Of a stretch of DNA of 64,000 bases, positions 9,081 to 19,549 are shown piece after piece. Within the stretch, counting starts at the first letter, position 1. Every line of letters begins with the position of its first letter. This DNA comes from a bacterium. GTDB lineage: Bacteria > Electryoneota > JAOADG01. A program made the position numbers and the translations under genes. The notes beneath the pieces were generated by a model that worked only from the letters and a program-made list of their open reading frames with translations, made no database searches and was not told the origin of the DNA. The stretch covers positions 449,349 to 513,348 of the forward strand of contig JAOADG010000008.1 of the NCBI GenBank assembly GCA_026417415.1. Direction: 5' to 3'.

Positions 9081-10514
9081 TTACGATAGTACCATTTTTT
9101 TCTCCACTCGATCTGCAAACCAAAACAGCAGTGCTACTATAATTGCTGGATAAATTGGTTCTATATTGAAAAAATAATCACCGTGAAACCATGGCAATCG
9201 TTTGGAAAATGTCCAAATAAAAGCAACTAAACTTGTTGTAATCATTGCCCAAAATGCCCAGAAATTGGATAGTTTGAATTGATTACTCCAACTAGTTAGA
9301 AGCGGTAACAGCAATGCTGGTCCAAAAATGGACCCAAATTCTAACCATATCTGAACAATGCTTTCATTCGTTGATGCGATAATTGCTGATACAATTACAG
9401 TAATGAGTAAACCGATTTGAGTGTATTTGGTGGAATACGATTCATTTTCAATGAAATGATCCGAAAGGTTTTCACGTCGCCATCTCCATAAAACATCCCG
9501 ACCTATGGTTACAGATGCTACGAAAGTGTATGAATTGATGGTTGACATAATGGTAGCGAACATACTAACCCAAAAAAAACCACGCAAAATAGGTGGGAGA
9601 ACTGTACTTGCTAGTGCTCCGTAACTTTGGGCAGGATGCTCAAGTTGTGGGAAAAGAGCTCTTGAATAAAGTCCACTAACCGTAGTTAAAAAATCAAAAG
9701 TGAACCAGAATACGACAGATAAGATCATTCCAGTTTTTGCGACTTTGGGTGATTTAGCAGAAAAGCAGCGTTGATAAAAAGTAGGTTCAACCAAGGTGCT
9801 AGAGGCAATGAAATACCATACTAAAATGGAAGTGAACCATTGTCCACCAGTAGGAGTTAAGAGTTCTTGAGGAATTTTGGATTGAATGAATGAGAAACCA
9901 CCTAACGTAAAATAACTAAATGAAACTAAAACAATAAATCCACAATACATACAACAGAACAAAAACAGATCTGCGTAAATGACTGAACGTAAACCACCAT
10001 TCAATATGTAAATCGTTGAGACAACCAAACCTAAAAGTAAAGCACACCAAAATGGGATTGGGAAAATCATTTGGATGAGTAGTGTTATCATCAATAAGTA
10101 AGCACCGGGTGCTGCAGTAACAAATTGAAAGATACCACCTAAAATCGCAGTGCGTTTATCGTATGATTTTTCTAATTGATCTGGGATGCTAAGAAGACGT
10201 GATTCATTTACTTTCTTTGAAAGAAAAAAAGCAAAAATAAGCGCGTAAAGATAGTAGGGAACACCAAATACAAACCAATTGGATAATCCATATTGATAAG
10301 AATATTCGGCTACACCTAAAATACCCCCGTAAAAAGAGGATACAGTAGAGGCGACAAATGCTGGTAAAGTGATGGTACGAGATGCGACAAAAAAATCTAA
10401 ATTTCCTTTTCGCCAGCTTTTCCTCGCGAGCAAACCGATTCCAATCGAAATTAGGAAAAAAACAGAAATGATCATGAAATCAGAAAAGTTTAGTTTTAAC
10501 ATTTCAACTTCCAA
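9081..10514 (-). CDS. Sodium:solute symporter (SSS) family transporter
   Basis: Multiple TM helices; DFFVASR, GGLRSVIYAD, YQRCFSAKSPKVAK, ATIMSTINS. Confidence 0.9.
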   Translation of the reverse strand: MEVEMLKLNFSDFMIISVFFLISIGIGLLARKSWRKGNLDFFVASRTITLPAFVASTVSSFYGGILGVAEYSYQYGLSNWFVFGVPYYLYALIFAFFLSKKVNESRLLSIPDQLEKSYDKRTAILGGIFQFVTAAPGAYLLMITLLIQMIFPIPFWCALLLGLVVSTIYILNGGLRSVIYADLFLFCCMYCGFIVLVSFSYFTLGGFSFIQSKIPQELLTPTGGQWFTSILVWYFIASSTLVEPTFYQRCFSAKSPKVAKTGMILSVVFWFTFDFLTTVSGLYSRALFPQLEHPAQSYGALASTVLPPILRGFFWVSMFATIMSTINSYTFVASVTIGRDVLWRWRRENLSDHFIENESYSTKYTQIGLLITVIVSAIIASTNESIVQIWLEFGSIFGPALLLPLLTSWSNQFKLSNFWAFWAMITTSLVAFIWTFSKRLPWFHGDYFFNIEPIYPAIIVALLFWFADRVEKKMVLS

Positions 10515-10548
10515 AACAACCTTGGGAATTGTAGGTATTAAAAAACAT

Positions 10549-10574
10549 TTGTACTATAGAATTGTACTATAGAA
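10549..10574. repeat. 13-bp perfect tandem duplication (TTGTACTATAGAA x2)
   Basis: Read directly in the short divergent intergenic region. Confidence 0.85.
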
Positions 10575-10596
10575 TATAAATTTAGACGAGGCAACT

Positions 10597-12909
10597 GTGG
10601 TAAAAAAATCGTTTTCTAACATCAGTACAATCACTTGTATTTCCTTGACCTTCCTTTCTATTTCATTTTCTGTAAAAGCAAGTGAGGTAGAAGCAAGAGA
10701 GGTTTATTCATTAATTCAAGTTCAAAATGATAGAAAGAATGTTTTACGAACCTTGCTGGTTGAGGGCTTTGACCTCGTACGTTCTGATCATCTACAGTAT
10801 TACCAAGTGGTTGCAAATCAAAGTGATTTACAACGATTACAAGAGTTGGGTTTCAATTATATCGTTCAGATTCATGATATGTCAGCATTTTATGAACAAC
10901 GATTGCAAAATGAAAGTTTGGATTTAGTGGGAGGTTATCCTACCTATGCAGAAACGAATGACTCTTTATGGCTTTATAGGTCACTTCGTCCAGACATCGT
11001 ATCCATCCCAGATACTATCGGATTTTCTATTCAAAATAGACCTATTTTAATGATTAAAATCAGTGACAATCCAAATGTAGATGAAAATGAACCGGAAGTA
11101 TTCTACAATTCAATGATCCACTCAAGAGAAATGATTACCCATACCTTGTTGATGTATTTTATCCGCTATTTAATTAACAATTACAATTCTGATGCACGAG
11201 TTCAAAACATTGTGAACAACCGTGAATTGTATTTTGTTCTTACGGTAAATCCAGACGGTATGGTTTACAATGAGACCTCGAATCCAAATGGTGGAGGAAT
11301 GTGGAGAAAAAATAGGAGAGTGAATCCGAACAATTCTCGAGGTGTTGACTTAAACCGAAATTTCGGCTTTATGTGGGGTTATGATAACTTTGGATCCAGT
11401 CCAGTAGGAAACAGTGAAACCTATCGCGGTACTGGACCTTTTAGTGAACCTGAAACACAAGCGATTCGGGATTTTATGAATGGTAGACAATTTCGTATCA
11501 CACTCAATTATCATAGTTATTCAAACTTCTATGTTTATCCAATTAGTTACCGGCGGATTTATGCACCAGATCATTTGCTATTGCACAATCTGGCTCTTAG
11601 AATGAATGTTGTGAATAATTATCAAGTGGGACAACCCTGGTGGCTGTTGTATCCTGTGAATGGAGATGCACCAGATTGGCAGTACAATGTTTCTCCTGAT
11701 TCATTAAAAAACTTTGCATATGTGGTTGAAGTGGGAACACAAGAAGATGGATTTTGGCCGCCTTTATCACGAGTACCTATTTTATGTCAAGAAAATTTAG
11801 AAGCAAATTTAAGAGCAGCTGAATTAGCTGCTGAACCGAGAATTGTTTTACCTCCTTCAAAACCAATCTTACTTTCACCTGATACAATACAGATGGATTT
11901 ACCAATCGAATGGATGGTCCCAAATTCCACAATCAATATCCCCGTTTCTTATGATTTTAGAGCTACCGACTATTTCCCTATTGGAGTGGAAACTTTTGAT
12001 AATAATTTAAACAATATCGGATGGTTACCAATGGATGTGACGATTACGACTACTCAATTTCACTCAGGTTATCGCTCTTTTCAATTTTTAAACCAAAACA
12101 ATGCACGTTCTATGTTAGTATCTGCTCATCCATATCAAGTCCAACATGGTGATACATTAAAATATTGGCTAAAGTATGATATTGAATCAGATTACGATTA
12201 CTTTTTTGCACAAATTTCAACAGATGGAGGTACTACTTGGATGTCTTTACGTGGTGATCGCACCGATACTACTAATCCTAATGGATTAAATTGGGATCAT
12301 GGAATTACGGGAACTTCTAATAATGTGTGGGTCCGATGTAAACATCCTTTACAAAATTTTGTTGGCAATGATGTGTACTTTCGTTTTGTTTATATCTTAG
12401 ATGGTGGAACGGTGGAGGATGGAGTATGGATTGATGATATAGAGCCATCAATTTTAACAAGTAATCCTTGGACATTGAATTTTACAAACATTACACAATC
12501 TTCTCTACAATTGAATCAGAGTGGTGAATGGTATGTACAAGTACGAGCGACTGATGCAGAAAATGACAAATCCTTATGGTCTAATTTGAGAAAATTTGTT
12601 CTTGTTGCAAATAATGCGAAAAATGAAACACAAAGAATACCCTTTCAATTTGCAATCACAAAAATTTATCCGAATCCTTTTAACCATTCAATATCTATTC
12701 ACTACACAATTCCATTCAATACTAATGTGATCATTCAACTGTATGCTTTAGATGGAAGACAAATTGCAACTCTTTCACAAAAGTTCCATCCTACAGGAAC
12801 ATACAATATCAATTGGAAAGCACCGAACGAACTCTCTTCCGGAATGTATTGGTTAGTTCTTTCCAATGAACAACATCGTATCATGAAAAAAGTTCTTTTC
12901 ATCAAGTAA
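10597..12909 (+). CDS. Secreted M14 zinc carboxypeptidase (carboxypeptidase T-like) with C-terminal T9SS-type sorting domain
   Basis: Signal peptide; HSRE, WRKNR, GVDLNRNF, NYHSY, VEVG; an immune-inhibitor/MAM-like beta domain; CTD YPNPFN...SSGMY...KKVLFIK. Confidence 0.9.
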   Translation: MVKKSFSNISTITCISLTFLSISFSVKASEVEAREVYSLIQVQNDRKNVLRTLLVEGFDLVRSDHLQYYQVVANQSDLQRLQELGFNYIVQIHDMSAFYEQRLQNESLDLVGGYPTYAETNDSLWLYRSLRPDIVSIPDTIGFSIQNRPILMIKISDNPNVDENEPEVFYNSMIHSREMITHTLLMYFIRYLINNYNSDARVQNIVNNRELYFVLTVNPDGMVYNETSNPNGGGMWRKNRRVNPNNSRGVDLNRNFGFMWGYDNFGSSPVGNSETYRGTGPFSEPETQAIRDFMNGRQFRITLNYHSYSNFYVYPISYRRIYAPDHLLLHNLALRMNVVNNYQVGQPWWLLYPVNGDAPDWQYNVSPDSLKNFAYVVEVGTQEDGFWPPLSRVPILCQENLEANLRAAELAAEPRIVLPPSKPILLSPDTIQMDLPIEWMVPNSTINIPVSYDFRATDYFPIGVETFDNNLNNIGWLPMDVTITTTQFHSGYRSFQFLNQNNARSMLVSAHPYQVQHGDTLKYWLKYDIESDYDYFFAQISTDGGTTWMSLRGDRTDTTNPNGLNWDHGITGTSNNVWVRCKHPLQNFVGNDVYFRFVYILDGGTVEDGVWIDDIEPSILTSNPWTLNFTNITQSSLQLNQSGEWYVQVRATDAENDKSLWSNLRKFVLVANNAKNETQRIPFQFAITKIYPNPFNHSISIHYTIPFNTNVIIQLYALDGRQIATLSQKFHPTGTYNINWKAPNELSSGMYWLVLSNEQHRIMKKVLFIK

Positions 12910-12919
12910 AGGTGGAATT

Positions 12920-14737
12920 TTGAGTAAATCGCAAAACCCTTTTATCCGATTGCTGTTTGTAGGAAAAGAGTACTGGAAATTGTTTCCAGTTGCAGCGATT
13001 TGTGCTTTCATCTATGTAGCGTGTTATAGTGCTGTAATGTGGTTAGGTGCAGGTTTTTTGAAATTGATTTTCACTCCTAATTCAGAAACATTACCAGTTC
13101 CCAATGGAATCAATGAAACACTTAAATACTATACTTGGAAGATCATCGGTGAAGGTACACCCTTTGACAAATTGCTTAAAATTAGCATCATTCTGTTAAT
13201 TCTTTACTTTTTTGCTGCATTTTTCAAATTTCTCCAAAATCGTACTCTGTTGTTGGTTGAACAAAAGTTAGCATTCAAAGTCCGTTCCTTGTTGTTTGAA
13301 AAATACTTATCACAATCTATCGGTTTTTTTCATAAAAGAAAAGCTGGTGAGTTAATGACTACCTTGTTAAATGATGCACAATCCTTAAATCACCACTTGA
13401 CAAAAGTATTTGCTATTTTTCTCCGTGAACCTGCAAGCATACTCGTTTCCATCGTGCTTCTTGCTTCAATTTCGCTCCAAATGTTGATCATTACACTGCT
13501 AATTATACCTTTAGCAGGTATTTTAATTAATGCCATAGGAAAGAGTTTGAAGAGAAAATCTACAAGAGTTCTACAAGCATTAGATCAATTTACAGTTTTT
13601 TTAAACGAGAGATTTTCAGGAATTCATTTAATCAAAACCAGTGGTACAGAACAAAGAGAAATACAATTATTTCATCAAGAAAATCAACATCTATTTACTC
13701 AAACGTTTCGGCAAAGACAACTTGACTTAATGGTAGTACCATCTACTGAAGTATTAGGGATGGTCATTATCGTGACCATTTTATTAGTTGGTGGTTACAA
13801 AGTATTGTTCACTGGTATCATCACGGCTGAAGATTTTTTAAGATTTATTTTATTGTTATTTGCCATGTTGGCTCCTGCTCGTGCTTTAGCGGATGGGTGG
13901 TCCTCATTGAACATTACGTCAGCAGCTGGAAAACGTATTTTTGATATGTTAGATACTGATGAATCACTATGGATTAGTCCTAATCCAAAACCATTACCAC
14001 CGCAAATAGCAGAAATTGAATTCCACAATGTTAGTTTTAGATACCAAGATAACTTACCTTTTACATTAAAAAATATCAATTTAAGAATTCTACCCCAAGA
14101 AATGATTGCATTAGTTGGTCTTTCAGGCGCGGGGAAATCTACGCTGTTTCATCTGTTATTGAGATTGTACGATCCAACTGAAGGAAAAATCACATACAAT
14201 ACAATTGATATTAGAGAATATGATCCGATAAACTATCGGAAAATATTTGGTATTGTATCACAAGATACAATTTTGTTTCACGATACTGTTGCAAATAATA
14301 TCGCTTATGGTTTAGATGAACAATCTTCAGAAAAAATTGTTTATGCAGCAAAACTTGCTTATGCCGATCCTTTTATACAAGAATTAGATAATGGGTATCA
14401 TACAATAGTAGGAGATAGAGGGGTACGATTATCTGGTGGTCAAAAACAGAGAATAAGTTTAGCACGTGCATTCATTCGTGAGCCAAAGATATTGTTGTTA
14501 GATGAAGCAACTTCTAACTTAGATAGTGATAGCGAAAAATTAATACAAACTGCATTAGAAAAAATGAAAAATCAAATTACTATTTTAATCATTGCTCACC
14601 GTTTAGCAACCATTAGAAACGCCGATCGTATTATTCTTCTTGATGCGGGCGAGATTTTAGATATTGGTACTTATCAAGAACTAATGCATCGCAGTGAATT
14701 GTTTCAACGTTTAAGTAGACAACAATTTTTAGTTTAA
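12920..14737 (+). CDS. ABC exporter, fused permease/ATPase (MsbA-like)
   Basis: TMD followed by GLSGAGKST, LSGGQKQR, LLLDEATS and IAHRL. Confidence 0.9.
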   Translation: MSKSQNPFIRLLFVGKEYWKLFPVAAICAFIYVACYSAVMWLGAGFLKLIFTPNSETLPVPNGINETLKYYTWKIIGEGTPFDKLLKISIILLILYFFAAFFKFLQNRTLLLVEQKLAFKVRSLLFEKYLSQSIGFFHKRKAGELMTTLLNDAQSLNHHLTKVFAIFLREPASILVSIVLLASISLQMLIITLLIIPLAGILINAIGKSLKRKSTRVLQALDQFTVFLNERFSGIHLIKTSGTEQREIQLFHQENQHLFTQTFRQRQLDLMVVPSTEVLGMVIIVTILLVGGYKVLFTGIITAEDFLRFILLLFAMLAPARALADGWSSLNITSAAGKRIFDMLDTDESLWISPNPKPLPPQIAEIEFHNVSFRYQDNLPFTLKNINLRILPQEMIALVGLSGAGKSTLFHLLLRLYDPTEGKITYNTIDIREYDPINYRKIFGIVSQDTILFHDTVANNIAYGLDEQSSEKIVYAAKLAYADPFIQELDNGYHTIVGDRGVRLSGGQKQRISLARAFIREPKILLLDEATSNLDSDSEKLIQTALEKMKNQITILIIAHRLATIRNADRIILLDAGEILDIGTYQELMHRSELFQRLSRQQFLV

Positions 14738-14764
14738 CTTCATTCGGTACATTTATTTTCATTT

Positions 14765-16654
14765 ATGATAACATTTGATCAATTAGAATATGCAAAAAAT
14801 GTTGCAATTTCTGCTGCTCTTGAAGCAGGGAATCTTCTAAGAAGTGAGTTTCATCGAATAGATGGCCCTAGAAGCGAAAATTCACGATCAGCTATTATTG
14901 ATAGAATAGCTGAAAGTATTATTCAAGAAAAATTAAGTTTTCATTTTCCTCAATGGGAATATCAAGGTGAAGAATTAAAACAAGAAGTCCATGCAATTGG
15001 AATTCCTTACTGGACGGTAGATCCAAACGATGGAACAGCAGAATTTTTAAAAGGTCAAAGAGGTTTTTCAGTTTCTATCGCATTGATAGACGAATATGGT
15101 GAACCTGTACTTGGAGTTGTTTATTCTCCTTGTGCACCTGATGATGATGGCGATTTAATTGTTTATTATCGGGGTGGAAAAGTAACGAGGAATCATCAAA
15201 CAATACGCAGAGTACCAATTTCAACAAATAGAGAAAATCATATTCTAATTGCATCATTAGGTGCTGACAAAAAACCGTCTTGCAATTTAGAATTAATTCA
15301 ACCGTCGCGTTTTCGATGTTTACCGAGTATTGCTTATCGGCTTGCACTGGTAGCGGTCAATGAAGCGGATATTGCTATTTCTATCAATAGTCCAAATACA
15401 TGGGATATTGCAGCAGGACATGCGATACTACTCGGTGTGGGCTACGAGATTACCAATGAATATTGTCAGAAAATTCGTTATACTCCACAAGGGACATTAT
15501 CCAGTCGTGGAAAATTTCTATTAGGTGGCAATCCTTCCTTGATTTTTAATTATGCAAAAAAAGAGTGGCAAAAAATTCCTTTAGCAAAATCAGAAGCATC
15601 TAACGATCCCATTTATCCAGTTCGTACACTTGTAGGAAGTTCCTGTTCGAATTCAAAAGTGTTGACCCGTGCACAAGGGTGTTTTTTAGGAGCAATCATT
15701 GCTGATTCGATTGAGTTAGAAAATCATTTGCGAGCGCTTGGTTCAATCATTAATGAAAAATTCAGTACTAATTTTCAAGAGCAAATTCCGCTTGCCGGAC
15801 AAGGTTCAACTGCAACAGAATTAGCAATTTTACTATCACGTGCATTGATTAAAGAAAACTCAATCAATCTAAAAATCATTGCCCAATATATCCAATGGTG
15901 GCTTACTACCTATACGAATACTTTATTTCAAGCATTACAATCTGCAAATCTGAAAACAAATATTTCCCCTCAATTCAATACATTCAATTTACAAGATAGT
16001 ACAAGTTTATTTTCAGTTTTGCATAATATCGCTCAAATTAAATGGATATACCCAATGGCAATGTTTGGTCTCTTGAATCAACATCAGACAAACGATTTCA
16101 ATATTCCAATAGAGAAAATAATCGCTTCTTATCCTATCAATGCATGTTTACTTAGTCTTTACAAAGCGATACTCCATACCTTACGAACTGTAATTTTGAC
16201 AGGAGATAGAGAACGTGCATTTTCAGTAGCGTTACAGCATATCCTTTTGACAAAGGATGAACCATTGATTCAGCTGGTGAGAAACGCACAAAAAAGAATC
16301 TTTTTGCAATCTGCTGATATGGATGAAACTCTAGTATCTTTTCAAAATGCACTGTACCATTTACTTCACACTACTTCGTTTGAAGATTTTCTTAATCATC
16401 GTAGTGATATGTTACAAAAGAGCTCGAGTTCAGCGATATTAAGTGGGGCTATAGTTGGTGCTATTGTCGGCTATAGAAATATTCCAAAATTTTGGAGTAA
16501 AATGATTTTAAGTGCTCATCCTACTAAGAACTTTTCGCATATTCAAATTCCGAGACCATCAGTATTATGGAGTGTAGATGCACTACAAATCGCTGAAAGA
16601 TTATTGACCATTAAACAAAATAATTTAACGAAGGGCAAGCACTTTACGTACTGA
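14765..16654 (+). CDS. Inositol monophosphatase/CysQ family domain fused to a degenerate ADP-ribosylglycohydrolase-like domain
   Basis: IMPase motifs GEE, DPNDGT, WDIAAG. C-terminal half has ARH scaffold motifs RAQGCFLGAIIAD, LAGQ..ELAILL, SGAIVGAIVG..IPKFW. Confidence 0.75.
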   Translation: MITFDQLEYAKNVAISAALEAGNLLRSEFHRIDGPRSENSRSAIIDRIAESIIQEKLSFHFPQWEYQGEELKQEVHAIGIPYWTVDPNDGTAEFLKGQRGFSVSIALIDEYGEPVLGVVYSPCAPDDDGDLIVYYRGGKVTRNHQTIRRVPISTNRENHILIASLGADKKPSCNLELIQPSRFRCLPSIAYRLALVAVNEADIAISINSPNTWDIAAGHAILLGVGYEITNEYCQKIRYTPQGTLSSRGKFLLGGNPSLIFNYAKKEWQKIPLAKSEASNDPIYPVRTLVGSSCSNSKVLTRAQGCFLGAIIADSIELENHLRALGSIINEKFSTNFQEQIPLAGQGSTATELAILLSRALIKENSINLKIIAQYIQWWLTTYTNTLFQALQSANLKTNISPQFNTFNLQDSTSLFSVLHNIAQIKWIYPMAMFGLLNQHQTNDFNIPIEKIIASYPINACLLSLYKAILHTLRTVILTGDRERAFSVALQHILLTKDEPLIQLVRNAQKRIFLQSADMDETLVSFQNALYHLLHTTSFEDFLNHRSDMLQKSSSSAILSGAIVGAIVGYRNIPKFWSKMILSAHPTKNFSHIQIPRPSVLWSVDALQIAERLLTIKQNNLTKGKHFTY

Positions 16655-17300
16655 ATGGATCTTATCCATCTTTAATAGAATGAAATAAACTCCACTGCTT
16701 AGTAGTTCTTCCTGGTATTGTAAAATGTGTTTCGTATTAATCCAACCACGATAAATCATTTCTATTTCATTCCCTTCTACATCGTACAAAGAAAGTTCAA
16801 CTTTCATTGGTTTTGGAGTTTGAATTGGAATTGTCATTGTATGATTAAATGGATTTGGATATGTTAGAATGGAAATGTTCGGAAGTGTATTTTCTGAAAA
16901 ATGTATTTCATTTGAATTGGACACTTCAAAGATAAATATACGGACCGTATTTGGTTGTGAATGGTATTGATAATAGGGTTGTCCAATAACAAGATCCTTT
17001 CTATTTTGTCCTGTTATGTTTCCACCACCAGAAATTGAGAAACCGAATCGAGTATTATGTATTAATTCAGGTGGCGAAATCGTATAAAGTAAATTTCTAT
17101 AAATGGAAAACAAATTAACTTTTCCAACAAACAATGTATCGCGAATTGTTTCTTAATAACACTTATTCCAACTTCTACTATACCATCTAAATTGAAAACA
17201 GATACATTTGAAAAGAAAATTCAAACTAACCATCTATCGTAGGGTTTGGTTGTTGGAAAGAGCGAACTGTACTACCATTAGATACCTTTTTAACTAGAAT
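16625..17300 (-). pseudogene. Degraded FG-GAP-repeat secreted protein with T9SS-type CTD
   Basis: ORF 16625-17134 has FG-GAP remnants (RFGFSIS, DLVIGQPYY) and a YPNPFN CTD but no signal peptide. A further FG-GAP-like piece (FNLDGIVEVGISV) lies just upstream in another frame, beyond a stop. The upstream boundary is approximate. Confidence 0.6.
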
Positions 17301-17455
17301 GAGGATTTCATACCTTTTATCATTGGGCAATTTCTTAGTAACTTAAATTGAAAGTTATCATTCAGTTTGAAGAGATTGAATCAACTATAAGATATCAACC
17401 AATCATTGATCTACACTGTTGTACGTTGTAATATTTTTAGAAATTAAGAAACGAA

Positions 17456-19549
17456 ATGAAATCTTATCATCGTATATTACTGACTGGTGGTGGCACAGGG
17501 GGACATGTACATCCAGCAATAGCAGTTGGTGAAGCGCTTTTACAAATTGATCCCAATACATCCATTTTATATGCAGGTTCTGGTTTACCAGAAAGAGACC
17601 TAATTCCACCAAGTATGAAATATGTAGAATTTAAATCAATAGGTCTTCCGAAAATTTATAGTTTACGTTTTGTAAGGTTTCTTTTGACTTTAGGGGTTGG
17701 TACTTTACATGCAATTATACATCTCTTGAAATTTAAACCTACTGCAGTATTCTCTACAGGTGGCTATGTAAGTGCACCCTCTATATTTGCTACTACGATT
17801 ATCTCTAAATTGAAACTCTTGGGTAGATCTATTCCAATAATCGTTTTTGAACCCAATGCAGAGCCCGGTCGTATGAATCAATTGATTCAAAGATTCGCAA
17901 CCAGAATAAGTGTAACATCTGAAATAGCAAAAAATGTATTTCATTCTGAAAATGTATTTGTAGATGGCTATCCAATACGATGGAACATAGAACACATCTC
18001 AAAAACAGAAGCTCGGAATAAATTGTCTATACCTGAAAATGCTATTGTTATTCTTGCATTTGGTGGCAGTATGGGAGCTCGTACTCTCAATCATGCACTA
18101 TTAAAGGTTTGGAATGAACTCAGAAAAAATGAGAATGTTTATTTAATGCTGGCTGCTGGAAGAAAAAAATCAGACGACTTTGATCCAATACGAGAAGTGA
18201 ATATTCAACGTCGAAAATTGGGTTTGGAAAATGACCATCGTCTGATTGTAGTCGAGAGTTTTGATGATATGTCTATCCCTTATTCTGCTGCAGATATTGT
18301 TGTTTCAAGGGCTGGCGCTGGAACGATTGCAGAAATCTGTCATTTTGGAAAAGCTGCAATACTCATCCCAAAATCTAATCTACCACTAGATCATCAAGCA
18401 GTCAATGCTTTTTCAATGCAATCCCAACAAAAAGCATTAGTTGTCTATGAAAAAATTGTTCTATGCAATAACAAAATAGAAACAATTGTACCTTGGCAAA
18501 CGTTGTATCGTGAGTTGAACAAACTGATTGAACAACCATATCTTCGACATCGTTTGGGACAACAAGCAAAATCCAACGTATCTACCAATGCAAAAATTGA
18601 AATAGCTGAAAAATTACTTTTTTACAGTGCTGGTACTAAAGATCTTCATCATAAAGATAGCACAAAACATACAATAGAAAAAAATCAACTTCCAATAGGA
18701 TTAAACGCAATTGCATTGAGAAACCATTTTGAAAAAGAATTACTCAATCATTCTATTTCTTGGAAATGGACGTATTTGTATTCTGACCAAATATTACAAA
18801 AGGAATTTCCTAAAATTCCATCCATTGAAGTCATTCAATCAGTTCCTTTTTATGATTATTATTGCTATCGTGGGAATGCAATGTTAGGTAATGAAAGTTG
18901 GGAAGTTCAAAATGAAGGAATTAAATTATCTGCACTTTGTTTAAATCATGAAGTATTACCAATTTTATTGAATTGGATTCGAGATCGCAGGCCGACCACT
19001 TGGTTAAAAAGAAAAATGGGAGGTGATTTTCAAACAGTTGGATTTCTTCGTCGGAATGCAACGGCAGCGATTCCAGCATTTCATGATTGGTCTGAAGAAG
19101 TTTTACTTACTTTAGTTTTCGCACTATCGGACCCCTATTGGGAGGTAAGAACTGCTGCTGCAAGAACGTTAGCACGTTTACCCAAAGGAATCAATACAAT
19201 GGATTACGACCGAATGGTAGATGCTATAGAGAAAACCCTTACTTATGAAAGACATTATGAAGTGCTTGCTGCTACTTGGATTGCCTATGGGTATATTCTA
19301 CAAAGAAAACCACTAAAAGAATTCTTAGATAGATACCTTGTTCATCCTAATGATTTAGTTCGCACTTCACTAATGTTCGCAATTGAACTGCTCATTCAAA
19401 AAGGAGTACAATTTGAAGAAGAGGAATTGAATTTCATTTTGAATAAAATTCTTATGACTACATCTCAATTTACTCCAAGTTTTGGATTAAGAAGTGCGAT
19501 TGCTAATTTTCAAAAAACAATTGCGGAGTCAAAGTGCTCTATTGGTTAA
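17456..19549 (+). CDS. murG: MurG glycosyltransferase with about 300-aa C-terminal HEAT-repeat-like extension
   Basis: TGGGTGGH, TGGYVS, FEPNAEPG, GGSMGA, SRAGAGTIAE, HQAVNA. The extension carries HEAT-like LSDPYWEVRTAAARTLA and LVHPNDLVRTS. Confidence 0.85.
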   Translation: MKSYHRILLTGGGTGGHVHPAIAVGEALLQIDPNTSILYAGSGLPERDLIPPSMKYVEFKSIGLPKIYSLRFVRFLLTLGVGTLHAIIHLLKFKPTAVFSTGGYVSAPSIFATTIISKLKLLGRSIPIIVFEPNAEPGRMNQLIQRFATRISVTSEIAKNVFHSENVFVDGYPIRWNIEHISKTEARNKLSIPENAIVILAFGGSMGARTLNHALLKVWNELRKNENVYLMLAAGRKKSDDFDPIREVNIQRRKLGLENDHRLIVVESFDDMSIPYSAADIVVSRAGAGTIAEICHFGKAAILIPKSNLPLDHQAVNAFSMQSQQKALVVYEKIVLCNNKIETIVPWQTLYRELNKLIEQPYLRHRLGQQAKSNVSTNAKIEIAEKLLFYSAGTKDLHHKDSTKHTIEKNQLPIGLNAIALRNHFEKELLNHSISWKWTYLYSDQILQKEFPKIPSIEVIQSVPFYDYYCYRGNAMLGNESWEVQNEGIKLSALCLNHEVLPILLNWIRDRRPTTWLKRKMGGDFQTVGFLRRNATAAIPAFHDWSEEVLLTLVFALSDPYWEVRTAAARTLARLPKGINTMDYDRMVDAIEKTLTYERHYEVLAATWIAYGYILQRKPLKEFLDRYLVHPNDLVRTSLMFAIELLIQKGVQFEEEELNFILNKILMTTSQFTPSFGLRSAIANFQKTIAESKCSIG

